Shown: positions 1 through 8,560, numbered from the whole stretch's first letter. The stretch: DNA of 63,987 nucleotides, filler included, from an uncultured Myxococcia bacterium (GCA_964617105.1; 8 parts of 8 records of this genome joined end to end with filler, not necessarily neighbours in it); one strand, 5' to 3'. The notes: generated by a model from the letters alone, not told the origin. Numbers and translations: made by a program.

Positions 1-1
1 A

Positions 2-334
2 GCCTTAAGACCTGGCACTGACACCGGAGTCCAAATCCTAATAGGCGCCAAAGCCCCCATCATGGAAGGCGCTTTGCTTTCTTCGGTGTTGGTACCCTTC
101 ATGAAGGTAGAGTCTCCTTATGAGGAATTTCTCGAAATGATCGACAATATTATCGATTACTGGGCCGAAGAGGGTAAAAACAGAGAGCGGATTGGTGAGT
201 TTATTCAGCGTATAGGCATGGGTAATTTCCTGGAAGATGTTGAGATGGATCCTATCCCCGAGATGGTCAGCCAACCTAGAGATAATCCCTACATCTTTTA
301 CGAAGAGTTTTACGAAGAGGATGATGAGGAATAG
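2..334 (+). CDS. dsrA: Dissimilatory sulfite reductase alpha subunit, 3' part (5'-truncated by window)
   Basis: Frame is open from nt 2: ALRPGTDTGVQILIGAKAPIMEGALLSS...WAEEGKNRERIGEFIQRIG...PRDNPYIFY, the DsrA C-terminus; directly upstream of dsrB. Confidence 0.95.
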   Translation, partial: ALRPGTDTGVQILIGAKAPIMEGALLSSVLVPFMKVESPYEEFLEMIDNIIDYWAEEGKNRERIGEFIQRIGMGNFLEDVEMDPIPEMVSQPRDNPYIFYEEFYEEDDEE

Positions 335-439
335 ATATCAGCAAGAATCTATTTGTTTTACAAAAAAAGTAGGTATTTGAATTACAATGAATTGCCAATT
401 GGCAAAAATATAATAAAAAAGTCCATTTAGGAGGAAATA

Positions 440-1519
440 ATGGCTGAAAGAATTACTGATATAGGACCCCCGCATTTTGAACAGTATTTACCGGAAATAA
501 TCAAAAAGAACTATGGTAAATGGAAGTATCATGAAGTTCCCAAGCAGGGAGTTTTGGTACATACCGCTGAAAGCGGCGACAAACTCTATTCGGTGCGCAT
601 GGGCACCCCCAGGTTGATTAGCATCGAGACCATGCGTTGGGCGGCTGATCTGGCCGACAAATACAGCGGAGGCCATCTAAGATGGACCAGCCGTAACAAC
701 GTAGAATTTTTGGTGACCGACCCGGACAATGTCGATCCTTTAATAAAAGATATCGAAGCCAACGGCTACATTGTAGGCGGCATTGGCAACGCTATTTCCA
801 ATATCGTCCACACTCAGGGTTGGATTCACTGTCACTCTTCAGCCACCGATGCTTCTGGTATTGTCAAGGCTGTGATGGATGATTTGTCTGAGTATTTTAC
901 AGGCATGACCCTTCCGGCAAAAACCAGGGTAGCCCTGGCTTGCTGTCTGAATATGTGTGGTGCGGTTCATTGCTCTGATATTGCTATTTTGGGTATTCAC
1001 CGTAAGATGCCAAAGGTGCATCATGAGCGCATGAAAAATGAGTGTGAGATTCCTACATTGATAGCTTCTTGTCCCACCGCGGCCATCAGACCCACAACTG
1101 TTGACGACAAACCTACAGTGGAAGTATTGGAAGAGAACTGCATGTTCTGCGCCAACTGCTACACTGTTTGTCCGGCCATGCCCCTCAATGACCCATTGAA
1201 CGATGGTGTCTCAATATGGGTAGGCGGCAAGGTTTCTAACGCCCGTTCCGAACCAATGTTCTCCAAACTGGCCATCCCCTTTATCCCCAACAATCCGCCT
1301 CGTTGGCCCGAAGTTGTTGACGCGGTAAAGAATATTGTTGAGGTTTATAAAGACGATGCCCGGAAATATGAGCGTGTCGGAGAGTGGATTGATCGTATCG
1401 GCTGGCCGCGTTTTTTCAAGATGACCGGCATCGAGTTTACCAAGTATCATGTTGATGATTACCGGTTTGCTGGGTGGACGTTTAAGCGTTCCGCTCACCA
1501 GACTTTTGATCGTGAATAA
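440..1519 (+). CDS. dsrB: Dissimilatory sulfite reductase beta subunit
   Basis: [10 protein letters not shown]-terminus, [23 protein letters not shown] siroheme/[4Fe-4S] motif, [12 protein letters not shown] ferredoxin motif, PPRWPE; RBS AGGAGG. Confidence 0.98.
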   Translation: MAERITDIGPPHFEQYLPEIIKKNYGKWKYHEVPKQGVLVHTAESGDKLYSVRMGTPRLISIETMRWAADLADKYSGGHLRWTSRNNVEFLVTDPDNVDPLIKDIEANGYIVGGIGNAISNIVHTQGWIHCHSSATDASGIVKAVMDDLSEYFTGMTLPAKTRVALACCLNMCGAVHCSDIAILGIHRKMPKVHHERMKNECEIPTLIASCPTAAIRPTTVDDKPTVEVLEENCMFCANCYTVCPAMPLNDPLNDGVSIWVGGKVSNARSEPMFSKLAIPFIPNNPPRWPEVVDAVKNIVEVYKDDARKYERVGEWIDRIGWPRFFKMTGIEFTKYHVDDYRFAGWTFKRSAHQTFDRE

Positions 1520-1521
1520 TC

Positions 1522-1578
1522 GGTCGTCGATAGCGGCGCATCTACTGACGCCGAAGGTGATCCCTTTAGGGATGTTGC
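1522..1578. repeat. Left part of ~110-bp palindromic repeat family, carrying a 27-nt insert
   Basis: GGTCGTCGATAGCGGCGCATCTAC matches the copies at 5540, 43986, 44111 and 44258; followed by insert 1546-1572 and then TGTTGC as in the 5540 copy. Confidence 0.75.
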
Positions 1579-1599
1579 GATAACGGCGCTTCAAACTTT

Positions 1600-1630
1600 A
1601 AACTGTCCCCAGTTACTGGGGACAGTTTTT
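1600..1630 (+). terminator. Intrinsic-terminator-like hairpin between dsrB and dsrD
   Basis: AAACTGTCCCCAG-TTA-CTGGGGACAGTTT perfect 13-bp inverted repeat ending in a T5 run. Confidence 0.7.
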
Positions 1631-1646
1631 ATAAGTGGAGAAAAAA

Positions 1647-1889
1647 ATGAACACTGAAGAATTGGCGGAAACTATCTTCAAGATGGTGGAGAGGGACGCT
1701 GGACAAAAAAAATACAAGCAAATGGATATTATCAAGGCCATGATCGAATACTATGGCAAAGGTAATGTAAACAAGGCGGACTGTAAAAAATCCATCAGGC
1801 AACTTATCGATGGTGGACGCTTGGTTTATACCTATTTTGGCGGTAGTTTTATTGAGGTTCCTCATAGGGAAGGGGCCGCAAACGACTAA
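1647..1889 (+). CDS. dsrD: DsrD (small winged-helix activator of DsrAB)
   Basis: 80 aa directly after dsrB; K..IRQLIDGGRLVYTYFGGSFI matches the DsrD C-terminal helix/wing; GGAG RBS at 1637-1640 favours ATG 1647. Confidence 0.8.
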   Translation: MNTEELAETIFKMVERDAGQKKYKQMDIIKAMIEYYGKGNVNKADCKKSIRQLIDGGRLVYTYFGGSFIEVPHREGAAND

Positions 1890-1932
1890 TGGGTCGTTTG
1901 AGAGCAAGTTTATTTGGGTTAAGGAAAGGGCA

Positions 1933-3336
1933 TTGAATTATCCACGAGTTGTTTTTGCCGGTTTGCGAGGCGATTCGGGAAAAACCCTGGCGACTTTGGC
2001 GGTAATTAATGCCTTACGTCAACAGGGGAACAAAGTAAGTGCCTTTAAAAAAGGCCCCGATTTTATCGATGCCGCTTGGCTTGGTTGGGCGGCTGATGGC
2101 CAGGGTATCAACCTGGATGTCTATTTAATGGAGCCGGAGGGGGTAAAAAACTCTTTTGAAGAGAATGCCCTGACCAATGGTTTCAACCTAATTGAAGGCA
2201 ATCGGGGTGTTTTTGATGGAATGGATTCGGCAGGTTCTTATAGCACTGCTGAGTTGGCCAAACTTTTAAAATCACCGGTAATTTTGGTGGTTGATGTCAC
2301 CAAGGTGACCAGGACAGTGGCGGCTATTGTTTTAGGCTGCCTTAATTTAGACCCGGATGTGGATATCCGGGGAGTAATATTGAACAATGTGGCTACCAAT
2401 CGTCACCAAAGAGTGATAACCGAGTCAATTGAAAAATATTGTCCGGTGAAGGTAGTGGGAGCCATACCCAGGCTAAAAAGAAATCTGTTGCCCGAACGCC
2501 ACCTGGGACTGGTTACTCCAGATGAGTTTGCAAATTACCAGGGGCTGGCACAGTTTTTAAAGACGGTAAGCGACAATATAAACTTGTCACAGGTAAAGGA
2601 TATCGCCAATAGCGCACCTGTAATTGAGTTTAAAAGGTCTAAAATTGATATTGTCGCCAAAAAGGAGATGGTAAGCAGGGAACCGGTAAATGTAACTATT
2701 ATTCGGGACCGGGCTTTTAGTTTCTACTATCCAGAAAATTTGCAGGCCTTAGAGAGTTGCGGCGCAAAAATAAAATATATCTCTTCTTTCAACCAAAAAC
2801 TATTGCCGCAAAATACAGACCTGTTAATAATCGGAGGAGGATTTCCCGAGTTATATTTAGAGGAGATATCCAAAAATCATAGTCTTCTTGGTTCAATTCG
2901 GGATGCAGTAGAAAGAGGTTTACCGGTTTATGCAGAATGTGGAGGGCTTATTTATCTGGCCAGACAGGTAGAGTGGAACCAATGTAATTACCGGATGGCT
3001 CAGGTTCTCCCAATAGATATGGTTGGCAAAAGTAAACCGCAAGGACATGGCTATAGTCGGCTCAAAGTAGGGGAGGAAAATCCCTTTTTTACCAAAGGAA
3101 CGGTTTTTAAGGGACATGAATTTCATTATACCTATATAACTAGTAGCCAGGATGAAGTGGAATGTGCTTTTCAGGTTGAGCGGGGAAAAGGTTGTTTTCC
3201 AGGACAAAACAGGATAAATGGACATGATGGGTTGGTAAGAAAAAATGTTTTTGCCACCTATTCCCATTTGCATGCCAAAGGTGCTAAGAATTGGGCTTCT
3301 GCTTTGGTGGAAAAAGCTTATAAAAATAAATTATAA
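1933..3336 (+). CDS. dsrN: Siroheme amidase (cobyrinate a,c-diamide synthase family)
   Basis: GDSGKT P-loop, FKKGPDFID, IEGNRGVFDG, LPERHLGL, FSFYYPEN, glutaminase AECGG and GHEFHY; in dsr cluster; likely TTG start 1933 after AAGGAAAGGG (ORF-track start 1810 overlaps dsrD). Confidence 0.9.
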   Translation: MNYPRVVFAGLRGDSGKTLATLAVINALRQQGNKVSAFKKGPDFIDAAWLGWAADGQGINLDVYLMEPEGVKNSFEENALTNGFNLIEGNRGVFDGMDSAGSYSTAELAKLLKSPVILVVDVTKVTRTVAAIVLGCLNLDPDVDIRGVILNNVATNRHQRVITESIEKYCPVKVVGAIPRLKRNLLPERHLGLVTPDEFANYQGLAQFLKTVSDNINLSQVKDIANSAPVIEFKRSKIDIVAKKEMVSREPVNVTIIRDRAFSFYYPENLQALESCGAKIKYISSFNQKLLPQNTDLLIIGGGFPELYLEEISKNHSLLGSIRDAVERGLPVYAECGGLIYLARQVEWNQCNYRMAQVLPIDMVGKSKPQGHGYSRLKVGEENPFFTKGTVFKGHEFHYTYITSSQDEVECAFQVERGKGCFPGQNRINGHDGLVRKNVFATYSHLHAKGAKNWASALVEKAYKNKL

Positions 3337-3389
3337 CTTATTAGATTAGGGATTGTATTAGTAATACTAGATTCCGTCCGAGAAGTCAC

Positions 3390-3406
3390 CTGGTCACGAA
3401 TTTGCA
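3390..3406 (+). promoter_or_regulatory. Possible sigma-54 (-24/-12) promoter upstream of dsrL
   Basis: CTGG-TCACGAAT-TTGCA: GG and GC separated by exactly 10 nt, with YTGG and TTGCW; the CACG block does not match in register. Confidence 0.25.
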
Positions 3407-3449
3407 GCAGAGGGTTCTTGGGCACTAACTAAGACGAGGTAGAGAAAAG

Positions 3450-5144
3450 ATGGCAAAAATAGTAAAGAAAAAGAAACGGCGTAGAGGCGGCGGTTCGGCA
3501 TCATCTGGTAGTTCCGGGGATACTTCTCCCTATAGGCCAAGATATGTTCACAAGATGCCTCCCTGTGGAAGCGATTGTCCCAATAACAATAAAATTAGAC
3601 ACATGCTGACCACTATCGGACAGAGCGAAATGTATGAGCGGACTATGGAGGACTCGATAAAGATAGCCTGGGAGGAGTTTGTGACCAAAACTCCCTTTCC
3701 CTCGGTTTGTGGTCGGGTATGCCCCCATCCCTGCGAATCTGAATGTAATCGCAAGGAAGTGGATGAGCGAGTGAGCATCAACGCTATGGAACGCTTTATT
3801 GGCGACTATAGCATTAAACAAAACTGGAAACTCCAGAAACTCACTGACGAAGAGAGAGATGAGAAAATTGCGGTTATCGGTTCCGGCCCGGGCGGTCTCT
3901 CTTGTGCTTATCAGTTAGCCCGCCTCGGTTACAAAGTCACCGTATTCGAGGCTTTTGACAAAACCGGCGGTATGCTTCGTTATGGTATCCCCCGTTTCCG
4001 TTTGCCAGCTGATATTTTGGATGCTGAGATAGCCCGTATCGCTGAACTTGGCGTGGAGATCAAATGCAATACAAAAGTTGGTAAGGATATCTCTCTGGAG
4101 GATCTTAAGAAAGATTATCAGGCCGTTTATGTCGGTATCGGTGCTCATACTGGTCGCAAATTGGGAATCGATGGCGATGATTCTGAAAATGTAATAGACG
4201 GTATCGAGTTTCTTAATCGGATAAATTCCGATCAAGAGGTAGATGTTGGTAATAATGTAGTGGTAATTGGTGGCGGCAATACAGCCATTGATGCAGTTAG
4301 AGTATCCAAACGGCTAGGGGCCAAAGAGGTGACCTTACTTTACCGGCGTACTGTAAATGAGATGCCAGCTGATGCACATGAGATCAAGGCTGCTGAAGAG
4401 GAAGGGGTAAAGTTCCACTTTTTAGCAACTCCGATTTCGATGTACACTGATGGCAATAGAGCCACTTCAATGAAGTGTATTAAAATGGAGTTGGGAGAAC
4501 CAGACTCCTCCGGGCGGCGGCGTCCGGTGCCCATCGAAGGTTCTGAGTTTGACCTGGATGCCAGCATTATTATCCCGGCTATTAGCCAGGCGCCGGATTT
4601 TACCGGTTTTGAGACTTTACGTGAAGGGCGCGACTGGATAAAGGTGGATGAGGATTTTAAAACTCTGTTGGATAAAGATTCCAATATCTATTCTGGCGGT
4701 GATGTAGTTAACCTGGATACCGTAATTCAGGCTATTGCTCATGGCCGCAAAGCAGCAGTATCTATAGATGATAGCATAAAACAGAATGAGAAATCCAAAA
4801 GGACAAAATTACCTAAAATTACCTACGACAAGATGTACTTGCCTCACTATGAGAAAAAGGCGCGGGTTCAAATCGAAGAGTTGGCAGTTGAAAAACGGTT
4901 TGACAACCTGGTAACCGAGGTATCTGCAACGTTTAACGCTGATCAGGCCATGAAAGAAACCATCCGCTGCCTCAGTTGCGGTGAATGCTTCAAGTGTGGT
5001 AACTGTTTCAATTACTGCCAGGATAACGCGGTGCTTAAACCTATGGATATTAAAGAGGATTACCGCTTTAAACTGGAGTATTGTCAGGGGTGTAAAAAAT
5101 GCGCAGAGAACTGCCCCTGCGGATTCATAGACATGGTTTTATAG
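3450..5144 (+). CDS. dsrL: DsrL iron-sulfur flavoprotein, DsrL-2 type (NADP(H)-type)
   Basis: N-terminal PPC..CP and CGRVCPHPCESECNR, GSGPGG FAD motif, GGGNTA plus YRR motif, C-terminal RCLSCGECFKCGNCFNYC and CQGCKKCAENCPCG ferredoxin domain; between dsrN and dsrC. Confidence 0.9.
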   Translation: MAKIVKKKKRRRGGGSASSGSSGDTSPYRPRYVHKMPPCGSDCPNNNKIRHMLTTIGQSEMYERTMEDSIKIAWEEFVTKTPFPSVCGRVCPHPCESECNRKEVDERVSINAMERFIGDYSIKQNWKLQKLTDEERDEKIAVIGSGPGGLSCAYQLARLGYKVTVFEAFDKTGGMLRYGIPRFRLPADILDAEIARIAELGVEIKCNTKVGKDISLEDLKKDYQAVYVGIGAHTGRKLGIDGDDSENVIDGIEFLNRINSDQEVDVGNNVVVIGGGNTAIDAVRVSKRLGAKEVTLLYRRTVNEMPADAHEIKAAEEEGVKFHFLATPISMYTDGNRATSMKCIKMELGEPDSSGRRRPVPIEGSEFDLDASIIIPAISQAPDFTGFETLREGRDWIKVDEDFKTLLDKDSNIYSGGDVVNLDTVIQAIAHGRKAAVSIDDSIKQNEKSKRTKLPKITYDKMYLPHYEKKARVQIEELAVEKRFDNLVTEVSATFNADQAMKETIRCLSCGECFKCGNCFNYCQDNAVLKPMDIKEDYRFKLEYCQGCKKCAENCPCGFIDMVL

Positions 5145-5204
5145 TTTTTATTTTCGTATTATATTATTTATTTTTTGCCAAACCAATTATAAGGAGGTAT
5201 GGAA

Positions 5205-5522
5205 ATGGCTATTTTTGAACACGGTAATGTCAGTATCGAAGTTGATGAGGATGGTTTTATTCAAGAAGTGGATAAATGGAATGAAGAAGTGGCTGCCGCT
5301 CTGGCTACCACAGAAGGCGTGGATGAGTTGACTGATGAGCACTGGAAAGTGATCAACTATATCCGCAATTATTACTTGCAGTTCGGTATTGCTCCCATGA
5401 TCCGCAAACTCTGTAAAGAGAGCGGTTGCAACCTGAAAAAAGTATATGAGCTGTTCCCCAGTGGACCGGCTAAGGGTGCTTGTAAGTTGGCTGGGTTGCC
5501 TAAACCCACCGGCTGCGTCTAA
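5205..5522 (+). CDS. dsrC: DsrC sulfur relay protein
   Basis: DEDGF, LTDEHWKVI, LFPSGPAKGACKLAGLPKPTGCV with both C-terminal Cys (C-X10-C); AAGGAGG RBS favours ATG 5205. Confidence 0.97.
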   Translation: MAIFEHGNVSIEVDEDGFIQEVDKWNEEVAAALATTEGVDELTDEHWKVINYIRNYYLQFGIAPMIRKLCKESGCNLKKVYELFPSGPAKGACKLAGLPKPTGCV

Positions 5523-5539
5523 TATAATATATGCGGGCA

Positions 5540-5654
5540 TCGATAGCGGCGCATCTACGTTGTTGCCCAAAACTATTTAATCCTCGACGTATTATATATA
5601 CGCCTGCGGTTAAATAGTTTTGAGCGCCTAGTATCTGCACCACTCTCGACGACC
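5540..5654. repeat. Full copy of ~110-bp palindromic (MITE/REP-like) element
   Basis: Imperfect terminal IR TCGATAGCGGCGCA...TGCACCACTCTCGA; inner perfect IR CAAAACTATTTAA(5568-5580)/TTAAATAGTTTTG(5610-5622); apical ACGTA..TACGC; homologous to 43986-44095. Confidence 0.85.
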
Positions 5655-5661
5655 TTGAAAT

Positions 5662-5705
5662 AAAAAAAGCCTCTGTTATTGTGATGATAGCAGGGGCTTT
5701 TTTTT
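5662..5705. terminator. Bidirectional intrinsic terminator between dsrC and the convergent gene
   Basis: A7-GCCTCTGTTATT...GATAGCAGGGGC-T8 hairpin flanked by A and T runs. Confidence 0.8.
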
Positions 5706-5708
5706 ATC

Positions 5709-8459
5709 CTATCTATCTCTTACGCAGCGCACTTCGTGCATGATATGGTCTGGTACGATATAGAGTTCGCTTTTGTTGGGATTGTTGATGGAGTTGGGCC
5801 GTGCTACCCAGTGATTATTGGTGAAAGAGGTGCTGGTGCCGGTCCAGTAGGGGTTTTGGTTGTCAGCTGTGAAGATATGGGTGCAGGCGGAACTCTGGCT
5901 GCAGCGGTCGCAGTTTCCAGCCTGTCCACTGCCATCAGTGGTCAGGCCTGGTTCGCAGTTTCCGAAAACTCCCATAAATTCAGCTTTTTCAGGTAACCGC
6001 CAGTCGTCAAAACCACAGAGTTCAAGGTTGCTGCAGATGTTATTGGCATTGGTCCAGGTCATGCTGCCCTGGTTTGAATCCTGCCATACCAGACCGCCAT
6101 GGTAAGAAGCCCGGCAGGAGAGATCTTGCACACACCGGGCTCCAACTTCCCAGTCGTTCCCTTTGGGATTGCTTTTAAATAACGCTTTTTCAATATCTAC
6201 CGAAAAGGCATAGGGCCCACTATCATCCAGGGCCCACATTATATCCGGTCCTTCCTCTTTGCGGTCAATGATTTTTTTACAACGCCCCTGGCTGCAGATA
6301 TTGCACAAACCATGACTACAGTCTAAAAGTTTCTCATACTCATGTTTAAAAGGTAATCGCCAGCCTTGCATACCGTGATGATTGGAAAAGGTCAGATTGC
6401 GGCAGTAATTGTTGGCACTGTGCCAGTCAAAGATGGTTTTGCCATTGACAAACGCCGCCAGTTTGGTCCATAAAAGTCCGTTAACCAGATCGATGGCAGT
6501 GTAGTCGCGGCGATCCAACACTCCATCACCGTTGACACAGGTGCCAACCTGGGCGGTGGAGGTTTTCGACTGGCCCTCTACATGACCATGGTCGAAAAAC
6601 ACGGCATAAGCCCGGTTAGTGTCAGAGGGGTCATCATTGCCTGACCAGAAAAAACCGGGGTAGTTGGGGCTAAACAGTTGAGAACACTTGGCGCTCTGGT
6701 TGCAGGTGCGGCACTTGATATTTCCGTTTTCCTGCAATTTGCAGTCACCCAGCACATCCATCAGTTCAAACACCGATGGCATCCGCCAGTCCATACCTGA
6801 GATATTGCTGTTTTGGCAAACAGCATTGGCATTATGCCAGTTAGTAGCGGCGCAATTTACACCTTGTCCGCAATGCCACCAGGTTAATCCAGTGGTGATA
6901 TCATAGCGAAGATTGGATTGACCTCTATGATTGACCGCCAGTTTTACCTCCCCGGTATTGCGTATGTTGCCAGTGGCCCGGGGCCAGGGAGAATCGGTGG
7001 TATCATATTTACTTCCCGCTGTAAAAGCATAGATTTTGTTGGTCCCATTTATTTCACCACCAACATACAAATTATGATCCCCGAGCAGGGGAGTGCCGGT
7101 AGGATTGAACTGGGAGCGGCTTTTCCACTTTATACAACCAGATGTGTCAGTGTTGGGATCAATATGAGCGCCCTGTTGACAATTGCGGGTGTCGATGCCG
7201 TACACACCGGCGCCTTTGTCTTTAAAGAAATGGTTGTGGCCATAGGTGGCATAGATCATCATATCATCGCCCAAAAGCACATTTTGGCACCAGGTGTCAA
7301 TGGTCCACTTAATACATCCCGGGGGTAGGAGTTTTTCCTGGGGTTTCCATTCACAGTTGTAAGGTCCGGTTCCATCACCCGTGCACACCCGGCCATCTTT
7401 GTGAATATGGTTATTGTGGATATTGGTCGCTGCACAGGCGCCAGGATCAAGGGCGTATAGAGCGCCAGCGCAGTGATAGATGGTGTTTTCCTTGCCGATG
7501 ATAGGGGCAATTCTCCAACCGTAATTACCATAGGCTCCAGGGAAGTGACCACCGTCCCACTTACCGGTTTCCAAAGACCATAGTTGCTTGCCGTAGATAT
7601 TGTACCCTTTAAAATATGCTCCCTGATGGCAATAGAAATATCCATCCACCCCAAAAACCGGGACGCTGTGACTGCCACAAGGATGGTCTATTTGGGAATC
7701 AAAGTGTGCCTCACCATTGTCAGACCAGATTCGGTTTGAACTAATATAGTAAATAATCCCCCAGGGATCGATAATTGGTCCAAAAGGGTTGTTGTTTATA
7801 TCCAGTAAAGTCTTAACATTGTTTTCCCATTGCCAGGCACCGCCCATCCCCCAGCGAGAGGTAAGGTCTGGATATCTTCTATACGCGGTCGGGTTGCGAA
7901 AATGTTGGCCAGGCAAGGGACCGGTGTTGAGGTCGCGTATAAAATGTAAAGCCCCATCTTTGGAGAGGGCAGGGGCATAATTTTTTATTTCAAAAAGAGA
8001 GGCGGTGTTGAGACTACGGTTTTTGATCATTTTGAGCACACAACCCCAGGGGGTTTTTTGGGCTTGGGGATTGTAAATGCATTGCCAGGTATCATTGTTG
8101 TCTTCAAAATTACATGTCACACCACTTTTATGGCTCCAGTTGCCTTCCATATTGACCGCGTCACAGGCCTGCGGATCCAGAACATAGAGATAGCCGTCAT
8201 TAGAATTCACATACAAATATCCCTCTTCATCCACCACCGGATAGTTGCCAATCCCAGTGCCGTTGCCCATCTGGAAACTCCATTTCAGGCAGCGGTCTGG
8301 ACCGGGGTTGTGGAGTTCTCCATCTATATAACCTTTTTTTCCCTGGCATTTGTTCACGTCCAGGGCATAGATTTTAAACCGGTCAGAGGGTTGAACATGG
8401 TTGTTATCACCCACATAGAGCACCCCGTTGTGAAGGGCTGGCGTGCCTGCGGTATGGGT
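5709..8459 (-). CDS. Large Cys-rich exported protein: PQQ-like beta-propeller repeats plus three DUF1566 (Lcl/CLec-fold) domains; 5'-truncated at contig end
   Basis: Frame is open to the contig edge; repeated LY(A/V)LD...KW and SPWP..TGNIRNTG propeller motifs; three GL(T/L/V)W...W..AN..C...WR(L/M)P...E...W...CV units. Confidence 0.7.
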   Translation of the reverse strand, partial: THTAGTPALHNGVLYVGDNNHVQPSDRFKIYALDVNKCQGKKGYIDGELHNPGPDRCLKWSFQMGNGTGIGNYPVVDEEGYLYVNSNDGYLYVLDPQACDAVNMEGNWSHKSGVTCNFEDNNDTWQCIYNPQAQKTPWGCVLKMIKNRSLNTASLFEIKNYAPALSKDGALHFIRDLNTGPLPGQHFRNPTAYRRYPDLTSRWGMGGAWQWENNVKTLLDINNNPFGPIIDPWGIIYYISSNRIWSDNGEAHFDSQIDHPCGSHSVPVFGVDGYFYCHQGAYFKGYNIYGKQLWSLETGKWDGGHFPGAYGNYGWRIAPIIGKENTIYHCAGALYALDPGACAATNIHNNHIHKDGRVCTGDGTGPYNCEWKPQEKLLPPGCIKWTIDTWCQNVLLGDDMMIYATYGHNHFFKDKGAGVYGIDTRNCQQGAHIDPNTDTSGCIKWKSRSQFNPTGTPLLGDHNLYVGGEINGTNKIYAFTAGSKYDTTDSPWPRATGNIRNTGEVKLAVNHRGQSNLRYDITTGLTWWHCGQGVNCAATNWHNANAVCQNSNISGMDWRMPSVFELMDVLGDCKLQENGNIKCRTCNQSAKCSQLFSPNYPGFFWSGNDDPSDTNRAYAVFFDHGHVEGQSKTSTAQVGTCVNGDGVLDRRDYTAIDLVNGLLWTKLAAFVNGKTIFDWHSANNYCRNLTFSNHHGMQGWRLPFKHEYEKLLDCSHGLCNICSQGRCKKIIDRKEEGPDIMWALDDSGPYAFSVDIEKALFKSNPKGNDWEVGARCVQDLSCRASYHGGLVWQDSNQGSMTWTNANNICSNLELCGFDDWRLPEKAEFMGVFGNCEPGLTTDGSGQAGNCDRCSQSSACTHIFTADNQNPYWTGTSTSFTNNHWVARPNSINNPNKSELYIVPDHIMHEVRCVRDR

Positions 8460-8460
8460 G

Positions 8461-8560
8461 NNNNNNNNNNNNNNNNNNNNNNNNNNNNNNNNNNNNNNNN
8501 NNNNTTAATTAATTAANNNNNNNNNNNNNNNNNNNNNNNNNNNNNNNNNNNNNNNNNNNN
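8461..8560. other. Artificial contig linker
   Basis: N44-TTAATTAATTAA-N44 (stops in all six frames). Confidence 0.97.

Noticed and set aside
1810-1932. N-terminal hydrophobic extension of DsrN from the ORF track
   Set aside because: Overlaps dsrD by 80 nt; family similarity and an RBS point to TTG 1933
5709-5900. DGR variable region in the terminal DUF1566 domain
   Set aside because: No template repeat differing at adenines and no reverse transcriptase seen in the window
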